From NCBI GenBank assembly GCA_965228895.1, contig OZ245842.1:256001-320000 (forward strand): DNA of 64,000 nucleotides, read 5' to 3'. Source of the DNA: Alphaproteobacteria bacterium (lineage in GTDB: Bacteria; Pseudomonadota; Alphaproteobacteria; SP197). The translations under genes and the position numbers were made by a program. Positions 50,435 through 64,000 of the stretch are shown here, piece after piece; within the stretch, counting starts at the first letter, position 1, and each line of letters opens with the position of its first letter. The notes under the pieces were generated by a model. It was not told the origin of the DNA, made no database searches, and saw nothing but the letters and a program-made list of their open reading frames with translations.

Positions 50435-51400
50435 CTAAAAACGAACGCCCCGTTCGACCAGCTTGGCGCGGATCGTCTCGGCGACCGCCGCCGTATCGTC
50501 GAGCGGGGCGGGCGCCCAGTCCTCGAGCACACCGTTGAATGGACGCACGTATCCGCCGGCCACCATCATCTCGTGGAAGGCGCGAAATTTCGCCGAACCG
50601 CCTGGCAGATCGACGACATAGACCGGTTTGCCGCTGGCGGTAGCCTCGGTGACCATGTTGACGGAATCGCCGGTGACGACGATGGCATCCGCCAGCCCCA
50701 GCCAGCCGGGATAGGGATTGTCGCCGGTGCCGTCCCACACGGTGGTGCGGTCCATCGGTAAGCCGGCGGCGAGCGCGCGCGCCTGGGTGTCGCCGGTGCG
50801 CCTGGACGTGGTGACCAGCAGGCTGCCCGGAAGCTTGGCGAGGTTGCCGGCGAGCGCCTCGGCCTCGGCGGTGCCAAACGCATAGACGCGGTTCGCGCCG
50901 CCAACCAGGACGACGGTCACCGGGCGGGAAAGGGATGCAGCGAGGTCGGCGAAGCGGGCGGATTCGCGCGCCAGCACCTCGGCCGTCAGACCGTGAAGCG
51001 AGCCGGTTGTGCTGATCACGTTCGACCCCTCCAGCCGGTCATGGCGCGGCGCGACCACCAGGTCGAAATGGTGCGGCGCCATCACGGGGTTCTGCACCTG
51101 AACCGTGAACGTCTTGCCGCCGGATGCGCGTCGGATCGCTTTTGCCGGTGCCGCCGACTTGCGGCCCGACGCGATCAACAGGTCCGGCCAGGGCGGCGCC
51201 AACGGGTCGCCGTCCGGCCCAGGTGCGGAGAGCGGTGCGAACCAAAACTGGGGCGGCAGCCAGCGCCAGGGTGCGCGGACCTTGATGCGTTTTGTCTCGA
51301 AGGGCAGGCCGACACGTTCGGCCAGGCCGATGCATTGTTTTTCCGTGCCGATGATGCCGTCGGTAACGACCCAGGCGTGGGCTGTGTGCGGCTCGGACAA
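50435..51400 (-). CDS. ELM1/GtrOC1-family putative glycosyltransferase
   Basis: PWPDLLI, DLVVAPRHD, TTSRRT and VTGDSVNMVTEA motifs. Confidence 0.88.
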   Translation of the reverse strand: MSEPHTAHAWVVTDGIIGTEKQCIGLAERVGLPFETKRIKVRAPWRWLPPQFWFAPLSAPGPDGDPLAPPWPDLLIASGRKSAAPAKAIRRASGGKTFTVQVQNPVMAPHHFDLVVAPRHDRLEGSNVISTTGSLHGLTAEVLARESARFADLAASLSRPVTVVLVGGANRVYAFGTAEAEALAGNLAKLPGSLLVTTSRRTGDTQARALAAGLPMDRTTVWDGTGDNPYPGWLGLADAIVVTGDSVNMVTEATASGKPVYVVDLPGGSAKFRAFHEMMVAGGYVRPFNGVLEDWAPAPLDDTAAVAETIRAKLVERGVRF

Positions 51401-51402
51401 AC

Positions 51403-54400
51403 TCAGTACGGCATCGCCGAATAGGACTGCAGCGGCGCCACGTCCAAGGCGTCGTCGCGCAGCGCGGCGATGGCCTGAACCATGGCCCGCGCGCCGGCGA
51501 TGGTGGTGGCGTAGGGCAGGCGTTTGATCAACGCGGTCCGCCGCAAGCTGAAGCTGTCGGCGATCGACTTGGCGCCTTCGGTCGTGTTGATCAAGAGATC
51601 GATCCGGTCGTCGGTCAGCCAGTCGACGATATGGGGCGGTCCTTCCAGCACCTTGTTGATCGTCTGGACCTCAAGGCCGGCTTCAGTAAGGGTCCGGGCC
51701 GTGCCGCGTGTCGCCACCAGGGTGAACCCGAGGTCAACCAATTGCCGCGACAGCGCGATGGCGGCCGCCTTGTCGTGGTCTCTGACCGAAATGAAGACCT
51801 GGCCGGACTGGGGTAGCGTGCTGCCCGCCGCCAACTGGGCCTTGGCAAAGGCGTGGGCGAAGTCGCGGTCGAGGCCCATGACCTCGCCGGTCGACTTCAT
51901 CTCCGGACCCAGGATGATATCGACATCGGGGAAGCGAGCGAACGGGAAGACCGCTTCCTTCACCGCCACGTGGTCGGGCGTGTGTTCTCTGAGCTTGAAG
52001 TCCTTCAGCTTCTCGCCCGCCATGATGCGCGCGGCGATCTTGGCGATCGGCACGCCGATGGTCTTGGCGACAAAGGGCACGGTGCGGCTCGCGCGCGGGT
52101 TGACCTCCAGCAGATAGATCTCGCCGTCCTTGGTCGCGAACTGCACGTTCATCAGGCCGACGACGCCGAGTGCCTTGGCCAATGCCACGGTCTGACGGCG
52201 CATCTCCTCGACCAGGTCGCCGTTCAGCGAATGGGGCGGCAGCGAGCATGCGGAATCGCCGGAATGAACACCGGCTTCCTCGATGTGCTGTAGGATGCCG
52301 GCGACGAACACATCCTCGCCGTCGGCCAGCGCATCAACATCGACCTCGATGGCGTCATCCAGGAACCGGTCGATCAGGATTGGATTGCCGCCAGACGATG
52401 CCACCGCCTGATCCAGGTAGCGCTCCAGGCCGTCGTCGCCATAGACGATTTCCATGGCGCGGCCGCCGAGCACGTAGGACGGGCGCACGACAACCGGATA
52501 GCCGATGCGATCGGTCACCGCCCGCGCTTCGTCCAGCGTCATGCAGGTGCCGTTCTCCGGCTGTTTCAGGTCGAGATCGTTGAGCAGAACCTGGAAACGT
52601 TTGCGGTCCTCGGCCCGATCGATCGCGTCGGGCGACGTGCCGATGATCGGGATGCCGCTCTCTTCAAGCGCCTTGGCCAGCTTCAGCGGCGTCTGGCCGC
52701 CGAACTGGACGATGACGCCCTTCAGGGTGCCGCGACTCATCTCGACCCGCGCGATCTCGATCACGTCCTCGGCGGTCAGCGGCTCGAAATAGAGCCGGTC
52801 CGATGTGTCGTAGTCGGTCGATACGGTCTCGGGATTGCAGTTGACCATGATGGTCTCGATGCCCGCTTCCTCAAGGCCGTAGCAGGCGTGGACGCAGCAG
52901 TAGTCGAACTCGATGCCCTGACCGATCCGGTTGGGGCCACCGCCCAGGATCATCACCTTGTCGCGGTCGCTGGGTGCGGCCTCGCATTCCGGCTCGTTGA
53001 TCCCGTCGCCCTCGTAACAGCCGTACATATAGGAAGTCTGGCTGGAGAACTCGGCGGCACACGTGTCGATGCGCTTATAGACCGGCCACACCTTGGCCTC
53101 GTGCCGACGCCGGCGCACCTCGGTCTCGTCGAGGCCGGCAAGTTCTGCCAGCCGGGCGTCGGAGAACCCGAGCTTCTTCAGACGCAGCAGGCCAATGCGG
53201 TCCGTCGGCAAACCGTTTTCGCGGATGTCCGCTTCGGCATCGACGATGTCGCGCATCTGCTCGAGATACCAGGGATCGAAATGGGTGATGGCGTTGATCT
53301 CGTCGTCGCTCAGCCCGTGGCGCATGGCCTGGGCAATCGCCAGCAAACGGTCCGGTGTCGGCTTGGCGAGCGTGCCGATGATGCCGTCCTTCGACGTGTC
53401 GTCGAAGGTGATTTCGTTGAGGCCGGTCAAGCCGGTCTCCATGGACCGCAGCGCCTTCTGCAAGGACTCGGCAAAACAGCGGCCGATCGACATGGCTTCG
53501 CCGACCGACTTCATGGATGTCGTCAACAATGGTTCGGTGCCGGCGAACTTCTCGAACGTGAAGCGCGGCATCTTGGTGACGATGTAGTCGATGCTGGGTT
53601 CGAAGGACGCCGGCGTCACGCCGGTGATGTCGTTCTGGATCTCATCCAGCGTGTACCCGATGGCGAGCTTGGCGGCGACCTTGGCGATCGGGAAGCCGGT
53701 CGCCTTCGACGCCAGGGCCGACGAACGCGACACCCGGGGGTTCATCTCGATCACGATCAGACGCCCGTCCGCCGGGTTGACGGCGAACTGCACGTTCGAC
53801 CCGCCGGTGTCGACGCCGATCTCGCGCAGCACCGCGAGCGAGGCGTTGCGCATGATCTGGTATTCCTTGTCGGTCAGGGTCAGCGCCGGCGCGACGGTGA
53901 TGGAGTCGCCGGTGTGGACGCCCATGGGATCGACGTTCTCGATCGAGCAGACGATGATGCAGTTGTCGGCGCGGTCGCGCACGACCTCCATCTCGTATTC
54001 TTTCCAGCCGACGATCGATTCCTCGACCAGCACCTCGTTGGTCGGGCTCGCCTCGATGCCGCGGCGCACGATGTCGTAAAACTGATCGCGGTTGTAGGCG
54101 ATGCCGCCACCGGTGCCGCCCAGGGTAAAGCTGGGCCGGATGATGGCGGGCAAGCCGATCGCTTCGAGCGCCTCGGTCGCTTCTTCAATGTTATGGGCCA
54201 GCCGGCTCTCGGCGCATTCCAGGCCGATGCGGCCCATGGCGTCGCGGAAGAGCTCGCGGTCCTCGGCCATGTCGATGGCCTCGCGCGTCGCGCCGATCAT
54301 CTCGACGCCGTGCTCCTTCAAGACGCCGTCGCGCGCGAGCGTCAGCGCCGTGTTCAGCCCGGTCTGGCCGCCCATGGTCGGCAGCAGCGCGTCCGGCTTT

Positions 54401-54642
54401 TCCTTGGCGATAACGCGCGCCACCAACTCCGGCGTGATCGGCTCTATATACGTCGCATCCGCCAGGCCGGGGTCGGTCATGATGGTGGCGGGGTTGGAGT
54501 TTACCAGGATGACCCGGTAGCCCTCCTCCTTCAGCGCCTTGCACGCCTGGGCGCCCGAATAGTCGAACTCGCACGCCTGGCCGATGATGATGGGCCCGGC
54601 GCCGATGATCAGGATCGACTCGATGTCCGTGCGCTTAGGCAT
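51403..54642 (-). CDS. carB: Carbamoyl-phosphate synthase large subunit
   Basis: [17 protein letters not shown], duplicated ATP-grasp domains, MGS domain. Confidence 0.99.
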   Translation of the reverse strand: MPKRTDIESILIIGAGPIIIGQACEFDYSGAQACKALKEEGYRVILVNSNPATIMTDPGLADATYIEPITPELVARVIAKEKPDALLPTMGGQTGLNTALTLARDGVLKEHGVEMIGATREAIDMAEDRELFRDAMGRIGLECAESRLAHNIEEATEALEAIGLPAIIRPSFTLGGTGGGIAYNRDQFYDIVRRGIEASPTNEVLVEESIVGWKEYEMEVVRDRADNCIIVCSIENVDPMGVHTGDSITVAPALTLTDKEYQIMRNASLAVLREIGVDTGGSNVQFAVNPADGRLIVIEMNPRVSRSSALASKATGFPIAKVAAKLAIGYTLDEIQNDITGVTPASFEPSIDYIVTKMPRFTFEKFAGTEPLLTTSMKSVGEAMSIGRCFAESLQKALRSMETGLTGLNEITFDDTSKDGIIGTLAKPTPDRLLAIAQAMRHGLSDDEINAITHFDPWYLEQMRDIVDAEADIRENGLPTDRIGLLRLKKLGFSDARLAELAGLDETEVRRRRHEAKVWPVYKRIDTCAAEFSSQTSYMYGCYEGDGINEPECEAAPSDRDKVMILGGGPNRIGQGIEFDYCCVHACYGLEEAGIETIMVNCNPETVSTDYDTSDRLYFEPLTAEDVIEIARVEMSRGTLKGVIVQFGGQTPLKLAKALEESGIPIIGTSPDAIDRAEDRKRFQVLLNDLDLKQPENGTCMTLDEARAVTDRIGYPVVVRPSYVLGGRAMEIVYGDDGLERYLDQAVASSGGNPILIDRFLDDAIEVDVDALADGEDVFVAGILQHIEEAGVHSGDSACSLPPHSLNGDLVEEMRRQTVALAKALGVVGLMNVQFATKDGEIYLLEVNPRASRTVPFVAKTIGVPIAKIAARIMAGEKLKDFKLREHTPDHVAVKEAVFPFARFPDVDIILGPEMKSTGEVMGLDRDFAHAFAKAQLAAGSTLPQSGQVFISVRDHDKAAAIALSRQLVDLGFTLVATRGTARTLTEAGLEVQTINKVLEGPPHIVDWLTDDRIDLLINTTEGAKSIADSFSLRRTALIKRLPYATTIAGARAMVQAIAALRDDALDVAPLQSYSAMPY

Positions 54643-54667
54643 CAGGTGAGAACCTTGTTTCTATAGA

Positions 54668-54783
54668 CCCCTCACCCTGCCCCTCTCCCTCAAGGGGAGA
54701 GGGGACGCGGTGGCCGCTTTGCCGCCCTCTCCCCTCGAGGGAGAGGGAGGGACCCGTCGCTTCAGCGGCGGGAGGGTGAGGGG
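54668..54783. repeat. REP-like palindromic element, CCCCTCACCC family, copy B
   Basis: Same termini and internal CCCTCTCCC hairpins as copy A; abuts the DUF559 gene. Confidence 0.8.
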
Positions 54784-54794
54784 GCTTGGCGCGA

Positions 54795-55144
54795 CTACTG
54801 ATCACGAGCCCGCTCTTCGACGGTTTGTTCGATGACGGTCAGCGCGCCTTCGATGTTCTTCAAGATGTCCATGTTCCAAAGGCGCAAGACCCGGTAACCC
54901 CGCTCACGAAAGTAAGCATCTCTCTCCTGGTCGCGCGCGCTACCGGCGTGCTGACCGCCATCCGCCTCGACGATCAGTTTGGCGTCAAAGCAGACGAAAT
55001 CCACGACATAGGGACCAAGCGGAACCTGTCGGCGAAACTTGTGCCCACTCAGGTCACGATTGTGCAGATGGCGCCACAAGCGCGTCTCCGCGTCCGTCTG
55101 ACGCTTGCGCAGAGGTTGGGCCGCTTGCGTTCGCTTGGGTCGGT

Positions 55145-55148
<4 letters not shown>
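54795..55148 (-). CDS. DUF559 (Vsr-like) endonuclease domain protein
   Basis: LRKRQTDAETRLW, KFRRQVP.GPYVVDF, VEADGGQH and RD..F...GYRVLR motifs; GTG overlaps the carA TGA. Confidence 0.9.
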
Positions 55149-56299
<1,151 letters not shown>

Positions 56300-56498
56300 T
56301 CGTTCCTGTAACCACGCGGGAGGACCGCCGTGCCCAACGGCGGATCGCGCAGGGTATAAGCAAATCCCGTGCCGAGGTCAAGCCTTCCAGATTTTGTTTT
56401 TTTGTTCTATTTCATGTATTTAGAGAAATGACGTGATTCGACACACAGGCGCGTGCTGTTTATGATAGCCGCCTTCTTCTGGGAGCCCCGTCAAGGGC

Positions 56499-56957
56499 AT
56501 GACACTACGACAAGAGATTACCGACGCTTTGAAACACGCGGTCAAAGCGAAGGACAAATGCACGACATCGACACTCCGGCTGGTGCAGGCGGCTCTTAAG
56601 GACCGTGACATCGCCGCGCGTGGCGCCGGTTCGTCGAACGGTGTGCCCGATGATCAGGTCCTCGACCTGCTCGCCAAGATGGTGCGCCAGCGCCAGGAAG
56701 CCGCCGAGCAGTTCCGCAAGGGACAGCGGCCCGAGCTTGCCGAACAGGAGGAGGCCGAGATCGAAGTCATCCGCCGGTTCATGCCGAAGCAGCTGGACGA
56801 GGCCGAGACCACCGCGGTCATCGACAAGGTCATCGCCGCGACCGAGGCCAAGGGCCTGAAGGACATGGGTCGAGTCATGGCGATGTTGAAAGAGAACTAT
56901 CCCGGTCAGATCGACGCCGGCAAAGCGAGCGCGCTGGTCAAACAGCGCTTGAGCTGA
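56499..56957 (+). CDS. GatB/YqeY domain protein
   Basis: STLRL..ALKDRDI and KDMGRVM motifs. Confidence 0.92.
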   Translation: MTLRQEITDALKHAVKAKDKCTTSTLRLVQAALKDRDIAARGAGSSNGVPDDQVLDLLAKMVRQRQEAAEQFRKGQRPELAEQEEAEIEVIRRFMPKQLDEAETTAVIDKVIAATEAKGLKDMGRVMAMLKENYPGQIDAGKASALVKQRLS

Positions 56958-56972
56958 GGCGGCGCGGCTCCC

Positions 56973-58862
56973 GTGACGATCCCGCCGCAATTCCTTGATG
57001 AGATCCGCGCCCGCGTGCCGCTGGCCGATGTTGTCGCCCGGTCGGTCAAGCTGACCCGGCGTGGCCGCGAGCACGTCGGCCTGTGTCCCTTCCATAAAGA
57101 GAAGACGCCATCGTTCACGGTCGTCGAGGACAAGGGTTTCTTCCACTGCTTCGGCTGTGGTGCCCATGGTGATGTGATCGGCTGGCTGATGCGCACCGAG
57201 AACCTGGCGTTTCCGGAGGCCGTCGAGCGGCTTTCCGGATTGGCCGGGCTCGAAATGCCGCGCCAAAGCCCGGAAGATCAGGAACGCGCCAAGCGCGCGG
57301 CGACACTGCACGATGTCCTGGAAACCGCGTGCCGCTGGTTCGAGGCCGAACTTGCCGGTACGGGCGGCGCGGATGCGCGCGCTTACTTAAGAGACCGTGG
57401 TCTCAAGCGCGCGACGGTCGAACGCTTCCGCCTGGGCTTGGCGCCCGATGGCCGCGACCGGCTTATCCGTCATTTAAAGGATAAGGACATCAAACCCGAG
57501 CTGATCGATCAGGCCGGGCTTCTGACCGGCGGCGACGATGGGCGCGCCGCCATCGACAAGTTCCGCCATCGCCTGATGTTCCCGATAACCGATCGTGGTG
57601 GCCGGGTTGTCGCCTTTGGCGGCCGGGCGCTGGGCGACCATCCGGCGAAATACATGAACTCGCCGGAGACCGCGTTGTTTCATAAAGGCCGCATGCTCTA
57701 TGGTTTCGCCCAGGCGCGCAAAGCGGCCCACGAAGCGGGAACCGTGTTCGTGGCCGAGGGCTACATGGACGTCATCGCGCTGGCCCAGGCCGGTTTCGAA
57801 AACGCGGTGGCGCCGCTGGGCACCGCGCTCACGGAATCCCAGCTGATGCTGCTTTGGAAGCTCGCCGACGAGCCGGTCCTGTGTTTCGACGGCGACACGG
57901 CGGGCCTGCGCGCCGCCATGCGCGCGGTCGATCGCGCTCTACCGATGTTGGAGCCGGGGCGCTCGTTGCGCTTTGCCCTGTTGCCGCCGGGCGAGGATCC
58001 CGACAGCCTGATTCAGGCACGCGGTCGCGCCGCCATGGCGCAGGTCGAGCAGGCGGCGGTGCCCCTGATTGAGATGTTATGGCGCGCCCAATGCGAGGGC
58101 CGGCGCTTCGAAACGCCTGAGAAACGGGCGGGGCTGGAGCGCGATTTGAATCGAGCGGTGGCCCAGATCGGCAACCAAAGCGTGCAGTTCCACTACAAGA
58201 ATGCCATCAGAGAGCGTCTGCGCATGGCGTTTCGGCCGCCTCGCGGTGGTGCGCGGCGCCAGGAAACCGGCCGATCGTCCCGTCGCTATGACACGCGACC
58301 GGGCCTGCCGCAGCGCCCCGGCATGCCCGAACTGCAGCCGTCCGATCCCCTGGGGGCGGGCGCTAAGGGTGTGAATCTAAGGGCAGAACGGCTTTTGGTC
58401 GGGTTGCCGCTGGTGCATCCGCCGCTGATCGAACGGGTCGCCGATCGGCTGATGGAGATTCATCTGGAGACGCCGGGTTTTGACGACGTCCGCCGCGCCC
58501 TGCTTGATGTCGCGGCGACTCACGAGACGCTTGACAGCGAGGTCCTGCGTCGCCACCTGTCTGACCACGGATTGGTGGACATCGTGGACCGTATCGCAGG
58601 CGAGCGTGGGGCGCGGGTGACCAGTCCTTTGGCGTGCTTTGAGACGGTGGACGAGGCCGAGAGATTGTGGCAACACACCTTCGACCTTCACCAACAACAG
58701 CATTGGGATGCGGAACTTGCGGCCGACGTGGCCGCTTTTGCTGACAACCCAAGCGACGAAACGTGGCAGCGCCTCAAGGCGCGGCAGGAGCATAAACAGG
58801 CAACCGAGGCGCGGGTGACAGAGATAGATCCCGCACTCGCGTCGGCCGGAGAACGATCCTGA
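56973..58862 (+). CDS. dnaG: DNA primase
   Basis: CPFH..CFGC zinc finger, KYMNSPET, EGYMD and TOPRIM FDGD motifs. Confidence 0.98.
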   Translation: MTIPPQFLDEIRARVPLADVVARSVKLTRRGREHVGLCPFHKEKTPSFTVVEDKGFFHCFGCGAHGDVIGWLMRTENLAFPEAVERLSGLAGLEMPRQSPEDQERAKRAATLHDVLETACRWFEAELAGTGGADARAYLRDRGLKRATVERFRLGLAPDGRDRLIRHLKDKDIKPELIDQAGLLTGGDDGRAAIDKFRHRLMFPITDRGGRVVAFGGRALGDHPAKYMNSPETALFHKGRMLYGFAQARKAAHEAGTVFVAEGYMDVIALAQAGFENAVAPLGTALTESQLMLLWKLADEPVLCFDGDTAGLRAAMRAVDRALPMLEPGRSLRFALLPPGEDPDSLIQARGRAAMAQVEQAAVPLIEMLWRAQCEGRRFETPEKRAGLERDLNRAVAQIGNQSVQFHYKNAIRERLRMAFRPPRGGARRQETGRSSRRYDTRPGLPQRPGMPELQPSDPLGAGAKGVNLRAERLLVGLPLVHPPLIERVADRLMEIHLETPGFDDVRRALLDVAATHETLDSEVLRRHLSDHGLVDIVDRIAGERGARVTSPLACFETVDEAERLWQHTFDLHQQQHWDAELAADVAAFADNPSDETWQRLKARQEHKQATEARVTEIDPALASAGERS

Positions 58863-58949
58863 GCGGCGGCAGGGCAGGCGGCCGACGAGACAAAGGGGCG
58901 GTCCGCGGGTGCGATGAACCGGCCGCGGACTCTAAGGAGAAAAACAAGC

Positions 58950-61046
<2,097 letters not shown>

Positions 61047-61162
61047 CAACCGACCACGGTTCGCTGTCGAGACGGTCGCTACGTTCGCGGCAGCGCGACG
61101 CCGCGTCACATCACATCGATAGATGTCGCTGGGTCTGATAGCGACGCCCCTGCGGTGATTGC

Positions 61163-61858
61163 CTAGAGGCTAACGAGACTGCAATCCGCGTCGCCTTGTG
61201 GTTCGCCGGGCCGGTCGAAGTGTTGGGGAAAGACTTGCGCCAGGTAGCGCAGGCAATCGTCGCGCGCCATCTCGCGTGTCACTTCCTTGGGATAGAGCAG
61301 CATGTTCAGCCAAAGGCCGTCGACGATCGATTCAAGGCTGCGCGTCAGTGACTCCGCATCAAGGTGTTCATACTCGCCGTCGGCGATGAGGTCGCTGCAG
61401 ATCCGCCATAGCTCCTCGGCACGTTCGTCGTCGTAGCGGTAGCGCATCTTCAGATAGTTGGGCCGATACTTGGCTTGGCCCCAGAAGGCGAACCACACGG
61501 CGAGTTTCTTTGCCGTGCAGATCTTGGGATCGAAATCGGCCCCGACAAGGGCCGCCAACTGGCGCGCCGGTTCGGGGCCGGCATCGTCCACGGCTTTGCG
61601 CCAGCACGTGTAGTGTTCGGTCGCCAGAAAACCGAGGGTCTCGATATAGAGGTCTTCTTTGCTCTTGAAGTGAAAGTTGACGATGCCGTGCGACAGCTTG
61701 GCGGTCTTTGTCACCGTCTCCAGCGTCGTTCCCGAGAAGCCCCGCTTGGAGATCGAATCAAGGGTGGCGTTGATCAGTTGTTGGCGCCGCGCTTCCCGTG
61801 TCGCGGTCCGACCGGGCCCTGATTTCTTGGCTGCACGAACTTCCGGCATCACACCCAC
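61163..61858 (-). CDS. TetR-family regulator with BetI-type C-terminal domain
   Basis: RRQQLINAT..GIVNFHFKSK HTH; WFAFWG and DGLWL motifs; alternative ATG at 61849. Confidence 0.9.
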   Translation of the reverse strand: MGVMPEVRAAKKSGPGRTATREARRQQLINATLDSISKRGFSGTTLETVTKTAKLSHGIVNFHFKSKEDLYIETLGFLATEHYTCWRKAVDDAGPEPARQLAALVGADFDPKICTAKKLAVWFAFWGQAKYRPNYLKMRYRYDDERAEELWRICSDLIADGEYEHLDAESLTRSLESIVDGLWLNMLLYPKEVTREMARDDCLRYLAQVFPQHFDRPGEPQGDADCSLVSL

Positions 61859-62019
61859 CTGATAACGCGAGACGGTTTGCCCATCTGGCTGCGCCCGCCC
61901 ATGGCCGCGTTTCTGCAGACTGAGGGCCGACTGGACGGTGTAAGACCGTCGTTTATTGGGACCGCAGGCGATTGTCCAAGCAAATGATTGTCCCTTGGGA
62001 TGACGGTTCGACGACCCGG

Positions 62020-63009
62020 TTAGCCCTCGTTGAGTTGCGCCTGGGTCGTGCTGTCGTCGTGACGATGGGCCTCGCCATAGCCTTCAGGTGGCCAAGCTAG
62101 GCAGCGGTCTTCCGCATCGCCGGTCAGGAAACCGCCGGCGCCGCCATCCGGCCCGCCCCAGCGATCGGACTGGCCGTTGTCGCGGTAGTTATAGAACAGA
62201 TACTCGGTCTCCAGATCATAGCCGTGGGCGATTGCGTCCTCCGTCAGATTGCCGTTTTCGTCGACCCACGCGACACCGTTCGCGTCGACGAAGTAGTCGT
62301 CGGCATCCACGCCGACGAGAAAGTCGTTGCAGGTATCACCGTGGCCGAAGTCACGGTTGTCGAGTGTGCGGCCGATACGGGCGTTGCACTCTGGCGTGAT
62401 GTCGTTCATGCCGTAGAACGACGACTCCATGAAGGGCGAGCCGTCCCATTCGATAAGATGGCCGTCCTCGTCGGTCGCGAAGTGGCCGCCGGCGGTGTGC
62501 AGCATCAGCCACCAGCCTTCGGCCTCTTCCTCAGCGACCGTCCTGATGTAGTCGCGATACCATTCGACGTAGTAGCCGTAAGATTCCCAGGGCCAGTCGA
62601 CGACGCCGGTCAAGGCCTGGCAGTCATAGTCATCTTCGGCGCACGTGCCGCCGCGCTCGCCTTCGGTGTTGTAGTAGGCCCAGCAGATCGTCGACTGGCC
62701 GAGGTCGGTGTTGTCGTACCGTTTCTGCAGATCATAGAGATGGGCGTGGATGACGGGATAACGAATGCTGTCGAGAAGCTGCTGCGACGGCTCAAGTGTC
62801 AGAAGCCCGTTTTCCGAATCGATGATCAGCGTGATCTCACCGTTGACGTTCGGATCGCCGTTCGGCACCCAGCCGGGTTCGTAGCTGTTGGGCGCGCCGC
62901 AGACCTGGAAGGTGTAGGTCAACAATTCGGCTTTGGCGGTTGCCGGCAGCGACATCGCGACGGCAGTGAGGGTGGCCAAGCCGAGCGTTCTGAAAGTCGT
63001 CGCGATCAT
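62020..63009 (-). CDS. Secreted acidic protein with a possible divergent CHRD-like domain
   Basis: Signal peptide (AKA cleavage); GDPNVNGEITL, IHAHL, WLMLHT and GGAGGFL segments; AGGAG RBS. Confidence 0.75.
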   Translation of the reverse strand: MIATTFRTLGLATLTAVAMSLPATAKAELLTYTFQVCGAPNSYEPGWVPNGDPNVNGEITLIIDSENGLLTLEPSQQLLDSIRYPVIHAHLYDLQKRYDNTDLGQSTICWAYYNTEGERGGTCAEDDYDCQALTGVVDWPWESYGYYVEWYRDYIRTVAEEEAEGWWLMLHTAGGHFATDEDGHLIEWDGSPFMESSFYGMNDITPECNARIGRTLDNRDFGHGDTCNDFLVGVDADDYFVDANGVAWVDENGNLTEDAIAHGYDLETEYLFYNYRDNGQSDRWGGPDGGAGGFLTGDAEDRCLAWPPEGYGEAHRHDDSTTQAQLNEG

Positions 63010-63119
63010 TGTTGTCTCCTGCGTGCTGAGCTGTGTCGGCACCCATCGAAACCACGCGTCGGGACAAGCTGGATGGCATCGAAGTGGGGTGCTGCGAGAC
63101 GTTTCCAGTAAGCAATATT

Positions 63120-63133
63120 TGACTGTCCAGTCA
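63120..63133. promoter_or_regulatory. Palindromic operator candidate TGACTG-TC-CAGTCA
   Basis: Perfect 6-bp inverted repeat between divergent secreted-protein genes; weaker variants at 61928 and 63164. Confidence 0.55.
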
Positions 63134-63272
63134 GTCAGATCAAGTCTAAAGTCAAATCACTACCGACTGACCGGTGCCGGAGCACGCTTGGTCGAGGGAC
63201 GCCGATGGTGTGCTGCTGTGTCGGCGTGAGCCAGCAGTTCGTTGTGGTCTCCGGCAATCATGATGGGGAAAG

Positions 63273-64000
63273 ATGATGAGACCGTTCGTTTCACCCAAGA
63301 CTCTTATCGTGGCGTTCCTACTGCTCGTGCCGGCCGCGTATGCGCCGGGCCAGGCAATTGCCCAGGACGGTTCCACGCTGCTCGACACGGCGACGCGCTT
63401 CACGGCGGATGAGCTGAGTGCATATATCGCCGGCAAAACCCAGGTCTGGGATCAAGGCGGCGCCTACTATGCCGAAGACGGCTCGCTGGAGACGCTGTGG
63501 GCCGGCGATCGCGACAGCGGTACCTGGTCGGTCACCGACGACGGCGCGCTGTGCTGGCACATCGCGAGCTGGGGCACGCTTGAGTGCGAGGCGTACTTCC
63601 ACAACGGCGACGTCATCAGCGCTACCTACGAGGGCGAGACCTTTCTGGCGCCGGAAATCCAGGACGGCAACACCTTGGACGCGCTGCAGGCCGGCGAAGC
63701 AGCGGCGGAGGCGGCGGCAAACGTCGACCCCTACGAGGGCAAGACGCTTCTGACCCCCGATGAGACGACGGCCTTGGTGTCGGGCAAGACCGTGCTATGG
63801 GAACCTGATGGCGCTGCCTACTACGCGCCCGACCAGACGCTGCACACGATCTGGAACGGTGTGCGCCAGACCGGCACCTGGAGCGTCAACGACGAGGGCG
63901 CGGTCTGCTGGCATATCGCCGGCTGGGGGCCAACGCCGTGCGAGTCTTATTACTATGAGGACGGCAACCTAATGGCGATCTTCAATAACAAGGCCTCGGC
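63273..64000 (+). CDS. Secreted protein with tandem DUF995-like repeats (runs off the window edge)
   Basis: Manual translation starts MMRPFVSPKTLIVAFLLLVPAA and contains two repeats of GKTxxW..GxAYY...GTWSV...GAxCWHIAxWG...CE. Confidence 0.8.
   Translation, partial: MMRPFVSPKTLIVAFLLLVPAAYAPGQAIAQDGSTLLDTATRFTADELSAYIAGKTQVWDQGGAYYAEDGSLETLWAGDRDSGTWSVTDDGALCWHIASWGTLECEAYFHNGDVISATYEGETFLAPEIQDGNTLDALQAGEAAAEAAANVDPYEGKTLLTPDETTALVSGKTVLWEPDGAAYYAPDQTLHTIWNGVRQTGTWSVNDEGAVCWHIAGWGPTPCESYYYEDGNLMAIFNNKAS

Noticed and set aside
56300-56498. AT-rich stretch as a mobile-element scar
   Set aside because: Consistent with ordinary divergent carA / yqeY-dnaG promoters; no inverted ends or transposase remnant seen.

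Overview
High-GC alphaproteobacterial chromosome segment. A Rhodospirillales-like, possibly marine, origin is inferred from gene order and proteins. Most of it is core housekeeping: pth-rplY-prs, pgeF-midA-lgt, proC, a petP/petR-like two-component locus, ilvE, moaE-moaD-moeA-pgsA-uvrC, folB-SDR-decarboxylase-uvrB, aspartate aminotransferase, msrP, lsrB/vtlR-trxB, carAB and dnaG-rpoD. A ~14 kb C1/methylamine block (fhs, a divergent Amt plus a small membrane protein, mgsABC/glxBCD-like genes, a GlnT/GmaS-like ligase, a single-subunit FAD oxidoreductase, a FadR regulator) lies between folB and uvrC. The most interesting signals are non-coding. (1) A DARS-like element at 37260-37382: three DnaA-box-like 9-mers, a Fis-consensus palindrome and an exact IHF consensus. 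(2) Two tandem ~170-nt AbcR-like sRNA genes behind lsrB/vtlR. (3) A GANTC-containing double-hairpin repeat whose ends supply the TAG stops of four genes. (4) A CCCCTCACCC-type repeat next to a DUF559 nuclease gene that splits carA from carB. (5) An unannotated 22-aa hydrophobic ORF. (6) A TetR-linked pair of secreted unknown proteins after rpoD. No CRISPR array, rRNA, tRNA or transposase was seen. All assignments are by eye and from recalled family knowledge; no database search was run.
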